A stretch of 64,000 nucleotides of DNA, taken from positions 2,073 through 66,072 of the forward strand of contig CAZDPL010000001.1 in assembly GCA_964507345.1 (NCBI GenBank), in the 5' to 3' direction. The notes below the pieces were generated by a model. That model saw nothing but the letters and a program-made list of their open reading frames with translations, was not told the DNA's origin and did not search any database. The DNA is from an uncultured Nitrososphaeria archaeon. GTDB lineage: Archaea > Thermoproteota > Nitrososphaeria_A > Caldarchaeales > Wolframiiraptoraceae. Position numbers and translations under genes: made by a program. Below, one piece after another: positions 39,390 through 49,152 of this stretch; within the stretch, counting starts at the first letter, position 1, and each line of letters starts with the position of its first letter.

Positions 39390-39906
39390 GCAGGTTAAAC
39401 AGCCCTTAAACGTGATATCCTTTATCGTCGAGAACAAGCCAGGCGTCCTCTTCAGAGTAGCTTGGCTCATTAGGAGGAGGAACTTCAATATCGAAAGCAT
39501 ATCAGTAGGTCCAACCGAGAGACCGGACTTAGCTAGGATGACTATAACGCTTTATGGAGATGAGCATGTGATCGAGCAAGTCGTAAAGCAGTTGAGAAAG
39601 CTCATTGACGTGGTGAAGGTTTCGAGACTGGATCCCGAGAATTCGGTTATACGAGAGATGGCGCTCGTAAAAGTTCACGTTCCAGATCAGGAGACGCGGG
39701 CAGACCTCGATTACTATGTGAGAGCTTTTCGAGGAAAAATAGTGGACGTATCGCCGAATGCGACGATAGTTGAAGTAACTGGGACTCCCCAGAAGATAGA
39801 CGCTTTCATAGACCTCATGAGAACCTTTGGAATCAAGGAGATTGCGAGAACGGGTGCAACCGCCTTAATAAGGGGCTCTAAGAGCATAACTAGCGAGGCG
39901 AAGTGA
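39379..39906 (+). CDS. ilvN: Acetolactate synthase small (regulatory) subunit
   Basis: N-terminal ACT domain ([36 protein letters not shown]). Overlaps ilvB by 11 nt. Confidence 0.8.
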   Translation: MEVKQVKQPLNVISFIVENKPGVLFRVAWLIRRRNFNIESISVGPTERPDLARMTITLYGDEHVIEQVVKQLRKLIDVVKVSRLDPENSVIREMALVKVHVPDQETRADLDYYVRAFRGKIVDVSPNATIVEVTGTPQKIDAFIDLMRTFGIKEIARTGATALIRGSKSITSEAK

Positions 39907-40895
39907 AGATGGTGAACATATACTATGACAAAGACGCGAATCTAGAAATCCTGAAAGACGAAACGATCGCCGTAATAGGATATGGAAGCCAAGGAAGAAA
40001 TCAAGCATTAAACATGAGGGACTCCGGGCTGAACGTCATCATCGGCTGCAGGCCGGGAAAATCTTGGGAACTCGCCGAAAAAGAAGGCTTTAAGGTGTAT
40101 TCGATAGATGAAGCGTCCAAGAAAGGGAGCATAATCTACTTTCTGATACCTGATATGGTTCACCGCCAGGTCTACGAGAAATATGTCAAGGATAATCTCT
40201 CAGCAGGAAAAACTCTCTGCTTCTCCCACGGTTTCAGCATACATTACAAGCTCATCCAGCCTCCCAGCTACGTAGACGTGATAATGGTGGCTCCAAAGGG
40301 TCCTGGTCCGATTGTTAGAGAGAACTTCATTAAAGGTAGCGGCGTTCCAGCCCTGATAGCTGTTCATCAAGATTTCAGCGGCAGGGCGAAGGAGAAAGCT
40401 CTCGCGATAGCCAAGGCCATAGGAGCGACGAGGATGGGCGTAATCGAGACGACATTCAAGGATGAAACCGAAAGCGATCTAATCGGAGAGCAAACGGTCC
40501 TAGTAGGCGGATTAATGGAGCTAATAAAATCCGGGTTCGAAGTTCTCGTGGAAGCAGGCTACCCTCCAGAACTCGCCTACTTCGAAGCATGTAACGAGGC
40601 GAAGCTCATAATAGACCTCATCTATACAGGCGGCTTGACGGGCATGCTGAAAGCGGTATCCGATACGGCGAAATACGGAGGCCTAACAGTAGGGCCAAAG
40701 ATCATAGACGAGCATGTTAAAGAGAATATGCGAAGAGCTGTTGAAAACGTGAAGAATGGAAGCTTCGCAAAAGAATGGATTAGCGAGTATGAAAACGGCG
40801 CCCCAACCTTAAAAAAGCTGATGAAAGAAATCGAATCCCATCCACTTGAAGTAGTTGGACGGAAGATGAGAAAGCTGGCAGGACTAGAGAAATAG
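39903..40895 (+). CDS. ilvC: Ketol-acid reductoisomerase
   Basis: NADPH site [21 protein letters not shown] and the HGFSIHY stretch. 330 aa. Confidence 0.9.
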   Translation: MKMVNIYYDKDANLEILKDETIAVIGYGSQGRNQALNMRDSGLNVIIGCRPGKSWELAEKEGFKVYSIDEASKKGSIIYFLIPDMVHRQVYEKYVKDNLSAGKTLCFSHGFSIHYKLIQPPSYVDVIMVAPKGPGPIVRENFIKGSGVPALIAVHQDFSGRAKEKALAIAKAIGATRMGVIETTFKDETESDLIGEQTVLVGGLMELIKSGFEVLVEAGYPPELAYFEACNEAKLIIDLIYTGGLTGMLKAVSDTAKYGGLTVGPKIIDEHVKENMRRAVENVKNGSFAKEWISEYENGAPTLKKLMKEIESHPLEVVGRKMRKLAGLEK

Positions 40896-40961
40896 ATCAA
40901 AATTCGTAATTTTTCGAAGATATGGATTTATACCTCGATTTTCAAGACATTTTGATCTACC

Positions 40962-42224
40962 GTGAACATCGTTGAGAAGATTTTGGCACGAGCATCGGGC
41001 CAGAAGAAAGTCGAGCCCGGGCAGATCGTTGATGCAAAAGTTGATGTCGCCATGTTCCATGACCTCACTGGCCCTCGCTCCATAGAATCCTTTGAGAAAA
41101 TAGGAGTCGAAAAGGTTTGGGATCCTGATAAAATCGTAGTCATTTTCGATCACGACGTTCCGCCATCGACGATCAAAGCAGCAGAACTCCAGAAGAGAGT
41201 TAGAGAATTTGTTAAGAAGCAGGGGATAAGGAAGTTCTATGATGTTGGTAGAGGCGGAGTTTGCCACGTCGTAATGCTCGAGAAAGGCCATGTTAAGCCC
41301 GGAGACTTAATTGTCGGAGCAGACTCTCACACCGTAACCTATGGAGCGCTCGGAGCATTCGCCACCGGGATAGGGGCAACCGACATGGCCGCCGTTCTCG
41401 CAACGGGATCAATCTGGCTCAGAGTTCCTGAAGCGATCAAATTCGATATCAGAGGTGGGCTTCAGAGATTCGTTACTGCGAAAGATGTAATCCTACACAT
41501 AATCGGAATGATCGGAAGTGATGGAGCTACCTATAAGGCGATGGTCTTCTCGGGCAGCGTAGTGAATGAAATGGGGATAGATGGAAGAGCCACGATGTGC
41601 AATATGAGCATAGAGGCGGGTGCGAAAGCCGGAATAGTTGAACCTGATGAAAAAACGATACAATATGTTCGAGAGAGAACTAATGATCCATTTACGCCTC
41701 TCAGAAGCGATCCCGACGCCGAGTTCTCCCAAGTCTTCGACGTAGATGTATCAGACCTCGAGCCCCAGGTAGCCCTTCCACCATCCGTAGATAAAGTCAA
41801 ACCCATTTCCGAGCTGGGTGAAGTGGAGATAGATCAAGCATTCGTTGGAACATGCACGAATGGGAGATTAGAAGACCTACGCCTCGTAGCCGAGATCCTG
41901 AAGGGAAGAAAAGTAAAGGATGGTGTAAGATTCGTAATAATCCCAGGATCTCAGGAAGTCTATGAGAAAGCTCTTCAAGAAGGCTTAATCGAGACCTTCG
42001 TCAAGGCTGGAGCGATAGTCGGAGCTCCTGGCTGCGGACCCTGCATAGGGATAAGTAGGGGAGTGCTAGCGGATGGCGAGGTTTGCGTAAGCGCTGCGAA
42101 TAGAAATTTCGTTGGAAGAATGGGTAGCCCGAAAGCGAAGATCTATCTCGCGTCTCCAGCCACGGTCGCCGCATCAGCTATAACTGGGAAGATCACTGAT
42201 CCGAGGGAGGTGGTGAAGGCGTGA
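40962..42224 (+). CDS. leuC: 3-isopropylmalate dehydratase large subunit
   Basis: Aconitase-family Fe-S ligands (GVCHVVMLE, CTNGRLEDL, GCGPCIG). GTG start. 420 aa. Confidence 0.9.
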   Translation: MNIVEKILARASGQKKVEPGQIVDAKVDVAMFHDLTGPRSIESFEKIGVEKVWDPDKIVVIFDHDVPPSTIKAAELQKRVREFVKKQGIRKFYDVGRGGVCHVVMLEKGHVKPGDLIVGADSHTVTYGALGAFATGIGATDMAAVLATGSIWLRVPEAIKFDIRGGLQRFVTAKDVILHIIGMIGSDGATYKAMVFSGSVVNEMGIDGRATMCNMSIEAGAKAGIVEPDEKTIQYVRERTNDPFTPLRSDPDAEFSQVFDVDVSDLEPQVALPPSVDKVKPISELGEVEIDQAFVGTCTNGRLEDLRLVAEILKGRKVKDGVRFVIIPGSQEVYEKALQEGLIETFVKAGAIVGAPGCGPCIGISRGVLADGEVCVSAANRNFVGRMGSPKAKIYLASPATVAASAITGKITDPREVVKA

Positions 42225-42715
42225 AGCTCGAGGGTAAGGCGGTAATCTACGGCGATAACATCGACACAGACATAATAATCCCAGGCAGATACCTAGTCCT
42301 CCAAGATCCAAAAGAACTCGCAAAACATGCCATGGAGGGGATAGATCCAAAATTCCCCGAGAAAGCTAAGGAAGGAGTGATACTCGTGGCTGGGAAGAAC
42401 TTCGGATGCGGATCCAGTAGAGAGGAGGCGCCTGTAGCCCTGAAACATGCGAATGTGAAATGCGTGATCGCCGAATCTTTTGCGAGGATATTCTATCGAA
42501 ACGCCATAAACATCGGGCTACCAATACTCGAAGCCGAGATCAGAGATAAAGTAAGCGAAGGAGACGAGCTCGTAGTAGACGTCGTAAGCGGAGTAATCGA
42601 AAACAAAACAAAGGGCGTAACCCTCAAAGCGAAACCTCTTCCAAAGCTTGCTCTTGAGATAATAAATGCGGGAGGGCTTGTTCACTACACTCGGAAGAAA
42701 CTCGGCTTAGAGTAA
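42221..42715 (+). CDS. leuD: 3-isopropylmalate dehydratase small subunit
   Basis: GDNIDTDIIIPGRYL and GKNFGCGSSREEAP are the LeuD / aconitase swivel-domain motifs. Confidence 0.85.
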   Translation: MKLEGKAVIYGDNIDTDIIIPGRYLVLQDPKELAKHAMEGIDPKFPEKAKEGVILVAGKNFGCGSSREEAPVALKHANVKCVIAESFARIFYRNAINIGLPILEAEIRDKVSEGDELVVDVVSGVIENKTKGVTLKAKPLPKLALEIINAGGLVHYTRKKLGLE

Positions 42716-42771
42716 AACAAGGCAAACTTTAACATAAGTATCTTCTTCAGAGGCTGGGAGGAATCTAGAAC

Positions 42772-43806
42772 GTGAAGTATAAAATTGCCTTGATGAAGGG
42801 GGATGGCATAGGACCTGAGCAAGCAGATGCAACTCTGATCGTCCTCTCGAAGTTAAGGGAAGTTTTAGGATTAGATTTCGAGCTCATAGAAGTTGAGGCT
42901 GGGGATGAATGCTTTAAGCGGAGAGGAAAAGCTTTACCGAATGACACAATAGAAGTCTTAAAGAGTTCTCATGCATGCTTAAAGGGGCCTGTCGGAGAAA
43001 CTGCCGCCGAAGTCATCGTAAAGCTTAGGCAGATGTTCGATCTTTATGCGAACGTGCGTCCTGCGAAATCTCTTCCAAATGTTCCAGCGCTTAGACCAGA
43101 TGTAGATCTCGTGATAGTTAGAGAAAACACAGAAGGTCTCTACAAGGGGTATGAATACGAATTCGATGGTGCCGCGATTGCTCTTAGAATCATAACTAGG
43201 AGGGGGTGTGAAAGAATTGCGAGATACGCATTTGAGCTTGCGAGGAGAAGAAGGCGGAAGGTAGTGGCGGTTCATAAAGCAAACGTCATGAAGTTGACAT
43301 GTGGATTATTCGCGAAAACATGCAGAGAGCTTTCCAAGAATTATCCAGACATCTCATATTCTGAGATGTACGTAGATGCTGCAGCCATGAACCTCATAAG
43401 AAAGCCCCAAGAATTCGATGTAATCGTAACGACGAACATGTTCGGCGATATTCTATCGGATGAGGCCGCGCAAGTGGTGGGCGGACTCGGATTAGCACCA
43501 GCTGGCAACATTGGAGAAAGATTCGCGATATTTGAGCCAGTTCACGGATGCGCCCCCGACATCGCTGGAAAAGGCATAGCAAATCCAACATCGCTGATAT
43601 TATCAGCCGCGATGATGTTCAACTGGCTGGGAGAAAAATACTCTGATGAAAAATGCCTCCAAGCATCTAGAATGCTCGAGAAAGCGGTCGAGGAGACCTT
43701 AAAGGAAGGAAAAACACTAACCCCTGACCTAGGCGGAGAAGCTTCTACAATGGAATTTGGAAGGAAGGTCGCGGAATTTTTAGAAAGACTTTCTGAAAGC
43801 GGCTGA
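42772..43806 (+). CDS. leuB: 3-isopropylmalate dehydrogenase
   Basis: IALMKGDGIGPE, NMFGDILSDEAA and GSAPDIAG-type motifs. 344 aa. Confidence 0.9.
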   Translation: MKYKIALMKGDGIGPEQADATLIVLSKLREVLGLDFELIEVEAGDECFKRRGKALPNDTIEVLKSSHACLKGPVGETAAEVIVKLRQMFDLYANVRPAKSLPNVPALRPDVDLVIVRENTEGLYKGYEYEFDGAAIALRIITRRGCERIARYAFELARRRRRKVVAVHKANVMKLTCGLFAKTCRELSKNYPDISYSEMYVDAAAMNLIRKPQEFDVIVTTNMFGDILSDEAAQVVGGLGLAPAGNIGERFAIFEPVHGCAPDIAGKGIANPTSLILSAAMMFNWLGEKYSDEKCLQASRMLEKAVEETLKEGKTLTPDLGGEASTMEFGRKVAEFLERLSESG

Positions 43807-43867
43807 GGATCGTTATCAGAAATCCGATAACGATAAATACCCCTGATGAGAATTTTTCGATGAAGCT

Positions 43868-44761
43868 ATGAAAAAGCAGCTGATACTCGCAGCATTAATA
43901 ATCGCCGTAGTCGCTGTATTTTCTGTATATCTCGTTGGAAGCCTGGGGTTAATGCATGTTAGAGTGCGAGTTACGACTACGACGAGTCTCTATGCTACAG
44001 GGCTTCTGAATTATCTCGCGGATGAATTCTCAAGGACGCATGAGGGAGTTAGCTTCGACTTCATTCCCGTTGGAAGCGGCGAGGCTTTAAGGAAAGCTGA
44101 ACTCGGCGACGCCTGCATGGTATTCGTCCACGCTCCGAGCCTCGAAAAGAAATACCTCGAAAAAGGCGTGATAACAAATCAAAAGATATTTGCTTACAAT
44201 TACTTCATCATAGCAGGCCCATCCTCAGATCCTGCGGGCGTACGGAACTCCAGTAGTCCAGTCGAAGCATTCATGAAAATATATCGGGCAGGCGAAGAGG
44301 GAGATGCCTTATTCGTAAGTAGGGGGGATAATTCTGGAACTCATGTAAAGGAGCTTTCGCTTTGGAGTAAAGCAGGCTTAGATCCTCGAGGAAAGCGATG
44401 GTATGTGGAGACTGGCAGCGGGATGGGAAACACGCTCCTCATAGCGAATGAGAAGAAAGCATACGTATTATCCGACATAGGAACATTCCTGAAATTCAAG
44501 AAAGAGGGAAAGATTCCAGACCTCGAAGTTCTATACGAAGGCGGGATGGATTTGATAAATGTTTACAGCGTTTACCTCGTGACTTCCTGTAAAAATCCTG
44601 AAAAACGATTGGCGATGGAATTCATGAACTTCATTAGCGGGGACGCGCAAGACCTCATAGCAGGCTATAAGGTTGAAGAATTTGGTCAACCGCTATTCAA
44701 TCCAGCGGAAGGAAATCTCGATTGGCTTAGGAAGGCTTGGGAGAGCTTGGCTACATCATAG
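43868..44761 (+). CDS. tupA: Tungstate (or molybdate) ABC transporter substrate-binding protein, TupA-like
   Basis: Signal/anchor helix followed by RVTTTTSLYATGLL. I recognise the TTTS motif as the TupA anion-binding signature. 297 aa. Confidence 0.65.
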   Translation: MKKQLILAALIIAVVAVFSVYLVGSLGLMHVRVRVTTTTSLYATGLLNYLADEFSRTHEGVSFDFIPVGSGEALRKAELGDACMVFVHAPSLEKKYLEKGVITNQKIFAYNYFIIAGPSSDPAGVRNSSSPVEAFMKIYRAGEEGDALFVSRGDNSGTHVKELSLWSKAGLDPRGKRWYVETGSGMGNTLLIANEKKAYVLSDIGTFLKFKKEGKIPDLEVLYEGGMDLINVYSVYLVTSCKNPEKRLAMEFMNFISGDAQDLIAGYKVEEFGQPLFNPAEGNLDWLRKAWESLATS

Positions 44762-44777
44762 ATCGGAGGTATTTTCA

Positions 44778-45419
44778 GTGATCGAGGAGATTGTAGAAAT
44801 AACATTAAGGTCCTTAAGCATTTCTGGAGCAGCGACTTTACTCGCCAGTTCGTGGAGTATACCAGTAGCGTATAAAATATCTAGGTCTCAGCGGCTCTCA
44901 GCATTCTTCATGCCGATAGTGGAAGCGATAATTGGGATGCCGACCGTTCTCATCGGACTAGTAATGTACATGCTGCTGTGTAGCAGAGGCCCCCTCGGCG
45001 TCTTCAGACTCCTCTACACACCCTATGCGATAATTCTCGGACAAGCTATCCTGATAACCCCCTTACTAATCGCGACCAGCTTCAGATCCCTATTCCACGC
45101 GAATCAACGCTACGGAGAGCTTGCTTTAACGCTTGGAGCTACGGAGAGGCAGGCCATGAAGCTCGTTTTAACAGAGTCCACACCAGGAATCATAGCCTCC
45201 ATAGTAATGTCTTTCTCAAGAGCATTAGGAGAGCTTGGCGTCGCATTAATGGTAGGCGGCAACATAAGGGGATATACGAGGGTCATAACAACGGCGATCG
45301 CCTTAGAAGTATCGAGAGGAGAATTTGAGCTAGCGTTAACCCTAGGCTGCATCCTAATAACAATCCTCATCATAGTCTCCCTCTCCTTGAGAATGCTTAG
45401 GAGGTTGCAGCCACTATGA
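44778..45419 (+). CDS. tupB: Tungstate ABC transporter permease, TupB-like
   Basis: Polytopic membrane protein. GTG 44778 is preceded by GGAGG 7 nt upstream. The track's TTG 44673 would overlap tupA by 89 nt and is considered less likely. Confidence 0.6.
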   Translation: MIEEIVEITLRSLSISGAATLLASSWSIPVAYKISRSQRLSAFFMPIVEAIIGMPTVLIGLVMYMLLCSRGPLGVFRLLYTPYAIILGQAILITPLLIATSFRSLFHANQRYGELALTLGATERQAMKLVLTESTPGIIASIVMSFSRALGELGVALMVGGNIRGYTRVITTAIALEVSRGEFELALTLGCILITILIIVSLSLRMLRRLQPL

Positions 45420-46117
45420 GCATAAAGCTTGAAGAGATCTGGTTCCGATATCCAAGAAATCCAAAATGGATTCTGAAAGGGATTTCACTGACTTTCAAGG
45501 AAAGTGAAGTAACAGTTGTGGTGGGTCCAAATGGAAGCGGCAAAACAACACTGCTCAAAATCGCCTCTCTTCTCTATAAGCCTCTAAGAGGCTTCGTCGA
45601 GGCTTGGGGAAATGATTTCTGGAGCCTTACAGGCGATGCGAAGACAAAACTACGGAGAAGAGTGGTTTATGTTCATGAGAAGCCTATACTAATCAAGGGA
45701 ACAGCTCTTCATAATGTCGCCTACGGACTTCTCCTGAGAGGGTTTTCCAGAGAGGAGTCTCTAAGAATCGCGGAGAATTTGTTCACGAGATTCGGAGTGC
45801 CTTATCTGAAAGGCAAGCCCGCTAGCATGCTGTCTGCTGGGGAATCTCAGCTAGTCTCACTTCTCAGAGCAATAGTAGTCAATCCATCTCTGCTTTTCTT
45901 AGATGAGCCGATGGCCCACCTAGATCTAGGTAAACGCCGAATTGTACTTTCAATGATTAGGGATCTCGTGAAGAATGGTGTCGGAGTGGTAATCGCCACA
46001 CATGATTTTTCCTTAGCTCGATCTCTAGCGGATAAGGTAGTGATCCTCGAAGAGGGGGCGATCGCAGCTGAGGGAGGTTTTGAGGTAATTTTCGAATATT
46101 TAGGGCAAAAAGTTTAA
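45416..46117 (+). CDS. tupC: Tungstate ABC transporter ATP-binding protein, TupC-like
   Basis: Walker A GPNGSGKTT, signature LSAGESQ and Walker B LLFLDEP. 233 aa. Overlaps the tupB stop. Confidence 0.7.
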   Translation: MSIKLEEIWFRYPRNPKWILKGISLTFKESEVTVVVGPNGSGKTTLLKIASLLYKPLRGFVEAWGNDFWSLTGDAKTKLRRRVVYVHEKPILIKGTALHNVAYGLLLRGFSREESLRIAENLFTRFGVPYLKGKPASMLSAGESQLVSLLRAIVVNPSLLFLDEPMAHLDLGKRRIVLSMIRDLVKNGVGVVIATHDFSLARSLADKVVILEEGAIAAEGGFEVIFEYLGQKV

Positions 46118-46147
46118 TTAACAATCAACTTCTTCACAAAACCAGTC

Positions 46148-47647
46148 TTGAGCGAGTATGTTAGAATCTTCGACACAACTCTCAGAGATGGCGAACAAGC
46201 TCCAGGAGTAAGCTTAACACCTGAGCAGAAGCTTGAGCTAGCTATTCAGCTCGATAGACTTGGAGTCGACGCAATAGAAGCGGGCTTCCCAATAGCGTCA
46301 GAAGGTGAGCGTAAAGCCGTTAAGATGATCGCTGAAGCTGGTTTGAAATGCGAGATCTGCGCGCTCGCGAGAGCTGCTAAAGAAGACATCGACGCGGCCA
46401 TGAGCTGTAATCCAAACTCGATTCACGTATTCTTCTCGACCAGTGACGTCCACCTAAAGATACTGCGAGTAAGCAGAGAGGAGGTGCTGGAGAGAGTTAG
46501 CGATGCCGTATCTTACGTGAAAGATCATGGATTCATTTGTGAGTTCTCTCCGATGGACGCTACGCGAACTGAGCTCGATTTCCTTAAGCAAGTATGCAAA
46601 ACCGTCGAGGAAGCTGGCGCCGACAGAATCGATATTCCAGATACGGTTGGAATAATGACGCCGCAGTCAATGTACGAGCTAATCTCGGAAATAAAAAAGG
46701 TTGTGAGAATTCCGATAAGTGTGCATTGTCATAACGATTTCGGCTTAGCAGTTGCGAACACTCTTGCAGGTATAGAGGCGGGGGCAGCTCAAGCTCACGT
46801 AACTGTGAACGGGATAGGGGAGAGAGCTGGAAACGCGGCGCTTGAGGAAGTGGTCTTGGCGCTACATTTACTTTACGGAAAGAAGACAAATATTGATACC
46901 TCGAAAATTTATGCTACATCTCAGATGGTGAAGAGGCTCACAGGAATATCTCTTCAACCCCATAAACCTGTGGTGGGAGATAACGCTTTTGCTCATGAAT
47001 CAGGGATACACGTTAAAGGCGTTGTGATAGATCCAACAACCTTTGAGCCATTTAAGCCAGAGCTTGTTGGAAGAGTCAGAAAGATCGTTGCTGGAAAGCA
47101 TGCGGGAAGGCATGGAATTAAAACAATTCTCGAGGAAAGCGGATTAACTCCGACCGAGGAGCAGCTTTCAGAAATCGTGAGAAGAGTTAAGGAGCTTGGG
47201 GATAAGGGCAAAACTGTAACTGATACTGACGTGATAGCGATAGCGAGGTCAATAATAGAAACACCCCCATCCGAGAAGAAGGTGCTAGATCTAAAGGAGC
47301 TAGTAGTCGTAACGGGGACAGGAGTTATACCCACATCCTCAGTTCGGATAAACATTGAAGGAAAAGACTACATCTCAGCGGAAACCGGAGTAGGTCCTGT
47401 CGATGCCTCCCTAAAAGCTATACAAAAGGTAACCCAAAACTTAGCGCGGATTCGCTTAAAGGAATTTAGAATTGAAGCGGTTACGGGAGGTTCTGACGCC
47501 GTCGCGGAGGTGATCGTGAAAGTAGAGGACGAGCAGGGAAACGTTGTATCCGCAAGAGGTGCGAGAGAAGACATAGTGATGGCAAGCGTCGAAGCAATGG
47601 TAAACGCATTAAACAAGCTCCTAGTCAGAAGAGCCTCCCAATCCTGA
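46148..47647 (+). CDS. leuA: 2-isopropylmalate synthase / (R)-citramalate synthase family, with a C-terminal LeuA-dimerisation regulatory domain
   Basis: IFDTTLRDGEQAPGV and HCHNDFGLAVANTLAG motifs. 499 aa including the regulatory domain. LeuA versus CimA cannot be resolved from sequence alone. Confidence 0.85.
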   Translation: MSEYVRIFDTTLRDGEQAPGVSLTPEQKLELAIQLDRLGVDAIEAGFPIASEGERKAVKMIAEAGLKCEICALARAAKEDIDAAMSCNPNSIHVFFSTSDVHLKILRVSREEVLERVSDAVSYVKDHGFICEFSPMDATRTELDFLKQVCKTVEEAGADRIDIPDTVGIMTPQSMYELISEIKKVVRIPISVHCHNDFGLAVANTLAGIEAGAAQAHVTVNGIGERAGNAALEEVVLALHLLYGKKTNIDTSKIYATSQMVKRLTGISLQPHKPVVGDNAFAHESGIHVKGVVIDPTTFEPFKPELVGRVRKIVAGKHAGRHGIKTILEESGLTPTEEQLSEIVRRVKELGDKGKTVTDTDVIAIARSIIETPPSEKKVLDLKELVVVTGTGVIPTSSVRINIEGKDYISAETGVGPVDASLKAIQKVTQNLARIRLKEFRIEAVTGGSDAVAEVIVKVEDEQGNVVSARGAREDIVMASVEAMVNALNKLLVRRASQS

Positions 47648-48397
47648 TTGAATTTCGTTAAGGAACTGCTTTCTAATTAATCTACCAACTTCTCCAATTC
47701 CCTGAACTAAGAAGCCGTAGCAGTTTTCAGGAGAATCTGGCGGAACGTAGAGAAGTAATGCGTCCTCGAAGTCGGCGACGAAGAAATTGAATGGCATAGG
47801 GGTGTTAAGCGATTTCCCTTGGAATTCTTTCAGCATTTCCTCAATCTTGTTTAATGGAACTATTTCTCGAAGAAGCTTAACGTTAATGGTGAGATAAATC
47901 TTCACTCCCCGCTCCCTAATTTTCCTGAGCTGGTTTATGAGGTCGTCGAGTACCGTGGGAGGTAGGCAGACTATCCGTAAGAGGAGGTCTTTCCTTGCTT
48001 CTTGAAGAAGTCTTAATGATGCTCGATACGCTTGCATGCCTCGAAGAAGCGAAACCTCGCATCTTGAGGCGGTTTTCCCTGAAAGGTATAGGTTGTTTAG
48101 GGTTTCGATGGCCTTAGAGAGCTGGGAGACGAGCTGATTCTTCAAGGGCACGAGGCTTCTCTCAGGAGAGATCGCGGAGTAAACTGCTGGCCTAGATTCT
48201 TTTATTCTTTGAATAAGTCCAGAGTTCTCCAGCTTCGATAGAACGTCGTAGATCCTCGTTCGGGGTACTCCTGACTTTCTCGCGATCTCGTATGCTTCTG
48301 CTTCTCCAAGCTCTACTATGGCCACGTAGGCTTTGGCCTCGTATTCGGTTAGCCCCAGCTTCTTGAGAGCGTCTATCAGTTGATCCGCGTCCATCAT
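47621..48397 (-). CDS. trmB: TrmB family transcriptional regulator
   Basis: N-terminal LGLTEYEAKAYVAIVELGEAEAYEIARKSGVPRTRIYDVLSKLENSGLI is the TrmB wHTH. 258 aa. Its 3' end overlaps leuA by 27 nt on the opposite strand. Confidence 0.75.
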   Translation of the reverse strand: MMDADQLIDALKKLGLTEYEAKAYVAIVELGEAEAYEIARKSGVPRTRIYDVLSKLENSGLIQRIKESRPAVYSAISPERSLVPLKNQLVSQLSKAIETLNNLYLSGKTASRCEVSLLRGMQAYRASLRLLQEARKDLLLRIVCLPPTVLDDLINQLRKIRERGVKIYLTINVKLLREIVPLNKIEEMLKEFQGKSLNTPMPFNFFVADFEDALLLYVPPDSPENCYGFLVQGIGEVGRLIRKQFLNEIQSGLGGSSD

Positions 48398-48468
48398 GAA
48401 TAATACTCCAAAAGTTACAAAAAACTTTTATTGTCGCCTCAGACACCCGAGAACCGGGTGAAGAAGTC

Positions 48469-49152
48469 TTGGAGGCTCCTGCAATTAAGTTTGAAAACGT
48501 ATGGAAGATATACAAGCTTGGCGAGGTGGAGGTTCCAGCTCTCAGGGGGCTTAGCGTCGAGATAAAGCGCGGCGAACATGTCGCTGTAATGGGGCCTTCT
48601 GGAAGCGGGAAATCGACATTTCTACATCTCGCAGGCGCTTTAGATAGGCCGACGAGGGGCCGCGTCCTAATTGAGGGGAAAGATCCGAGCAAGATGAGCG
48701 ACGCAGAGCTAAGCATGCTCAGGAACAGGTATATCGGCTTCGTTTTCCAAGCCTTCAACCTGATTCCCAGACTTACAGCTCTTCAAAACGTCATGCTCCC
48801 CTTAATGGTTAGAGGCGTAAATGGCTTAGAACGCGTTAAAAGAGCGAAGGAAGCTTTAGAAAAGGTGGGTTTGGCTCATAGAATGAATCATAAGCCGACG
48901 GAGCTTAGCGGAGGAGAGCAGCAGAGGGTCGCCATAGCGAGAGCGATAGTAACGAATCCTAGGATAATTTTGGCTGATGAGCCGACTGGAAACCTCGACT
49001 CAACCTCTGCAGCAGAAGTCGTCGAGCTACTGTCTAAATTGAATCGCGAGCTTGGGATAACGCTAGTAGTGGTAACGCATAATCCCGAAACCGCAGCTCC
49101 AGCTCAAAGAATAGTTAGAATAAGGGATGGTGTGATCTATGAGGAGAATTAA
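48469..49152 (+). CDS. ABC transporter ATP-binding protein, MacB/LolD/FtsE-like
   Basis: GPSGSGKST, LSGGEQQRVAIARA and ILADEPTGNLD. 227 aa. Confidence 0.85.
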   Translation: MEAPAIKFENVWKIYKLGEVEVPALRGLSVEIKRGEHVAVMGPSGSGKSTFLHLAGALDRPTRGRVLIEGKDPSKMSDAELSMLRNRYIGFVFQAFNLIPRLTALQNVMLPLMVRGVNGLERVKRAKEALEKVGLAHRMNHKPTELSGGEQQRVAIARAIVTNPRIILADEPTGNLDSTSAAEVVELLSKLNRELGITLVVVTHNPETAAPAQRIVRIRDGVIYEEN

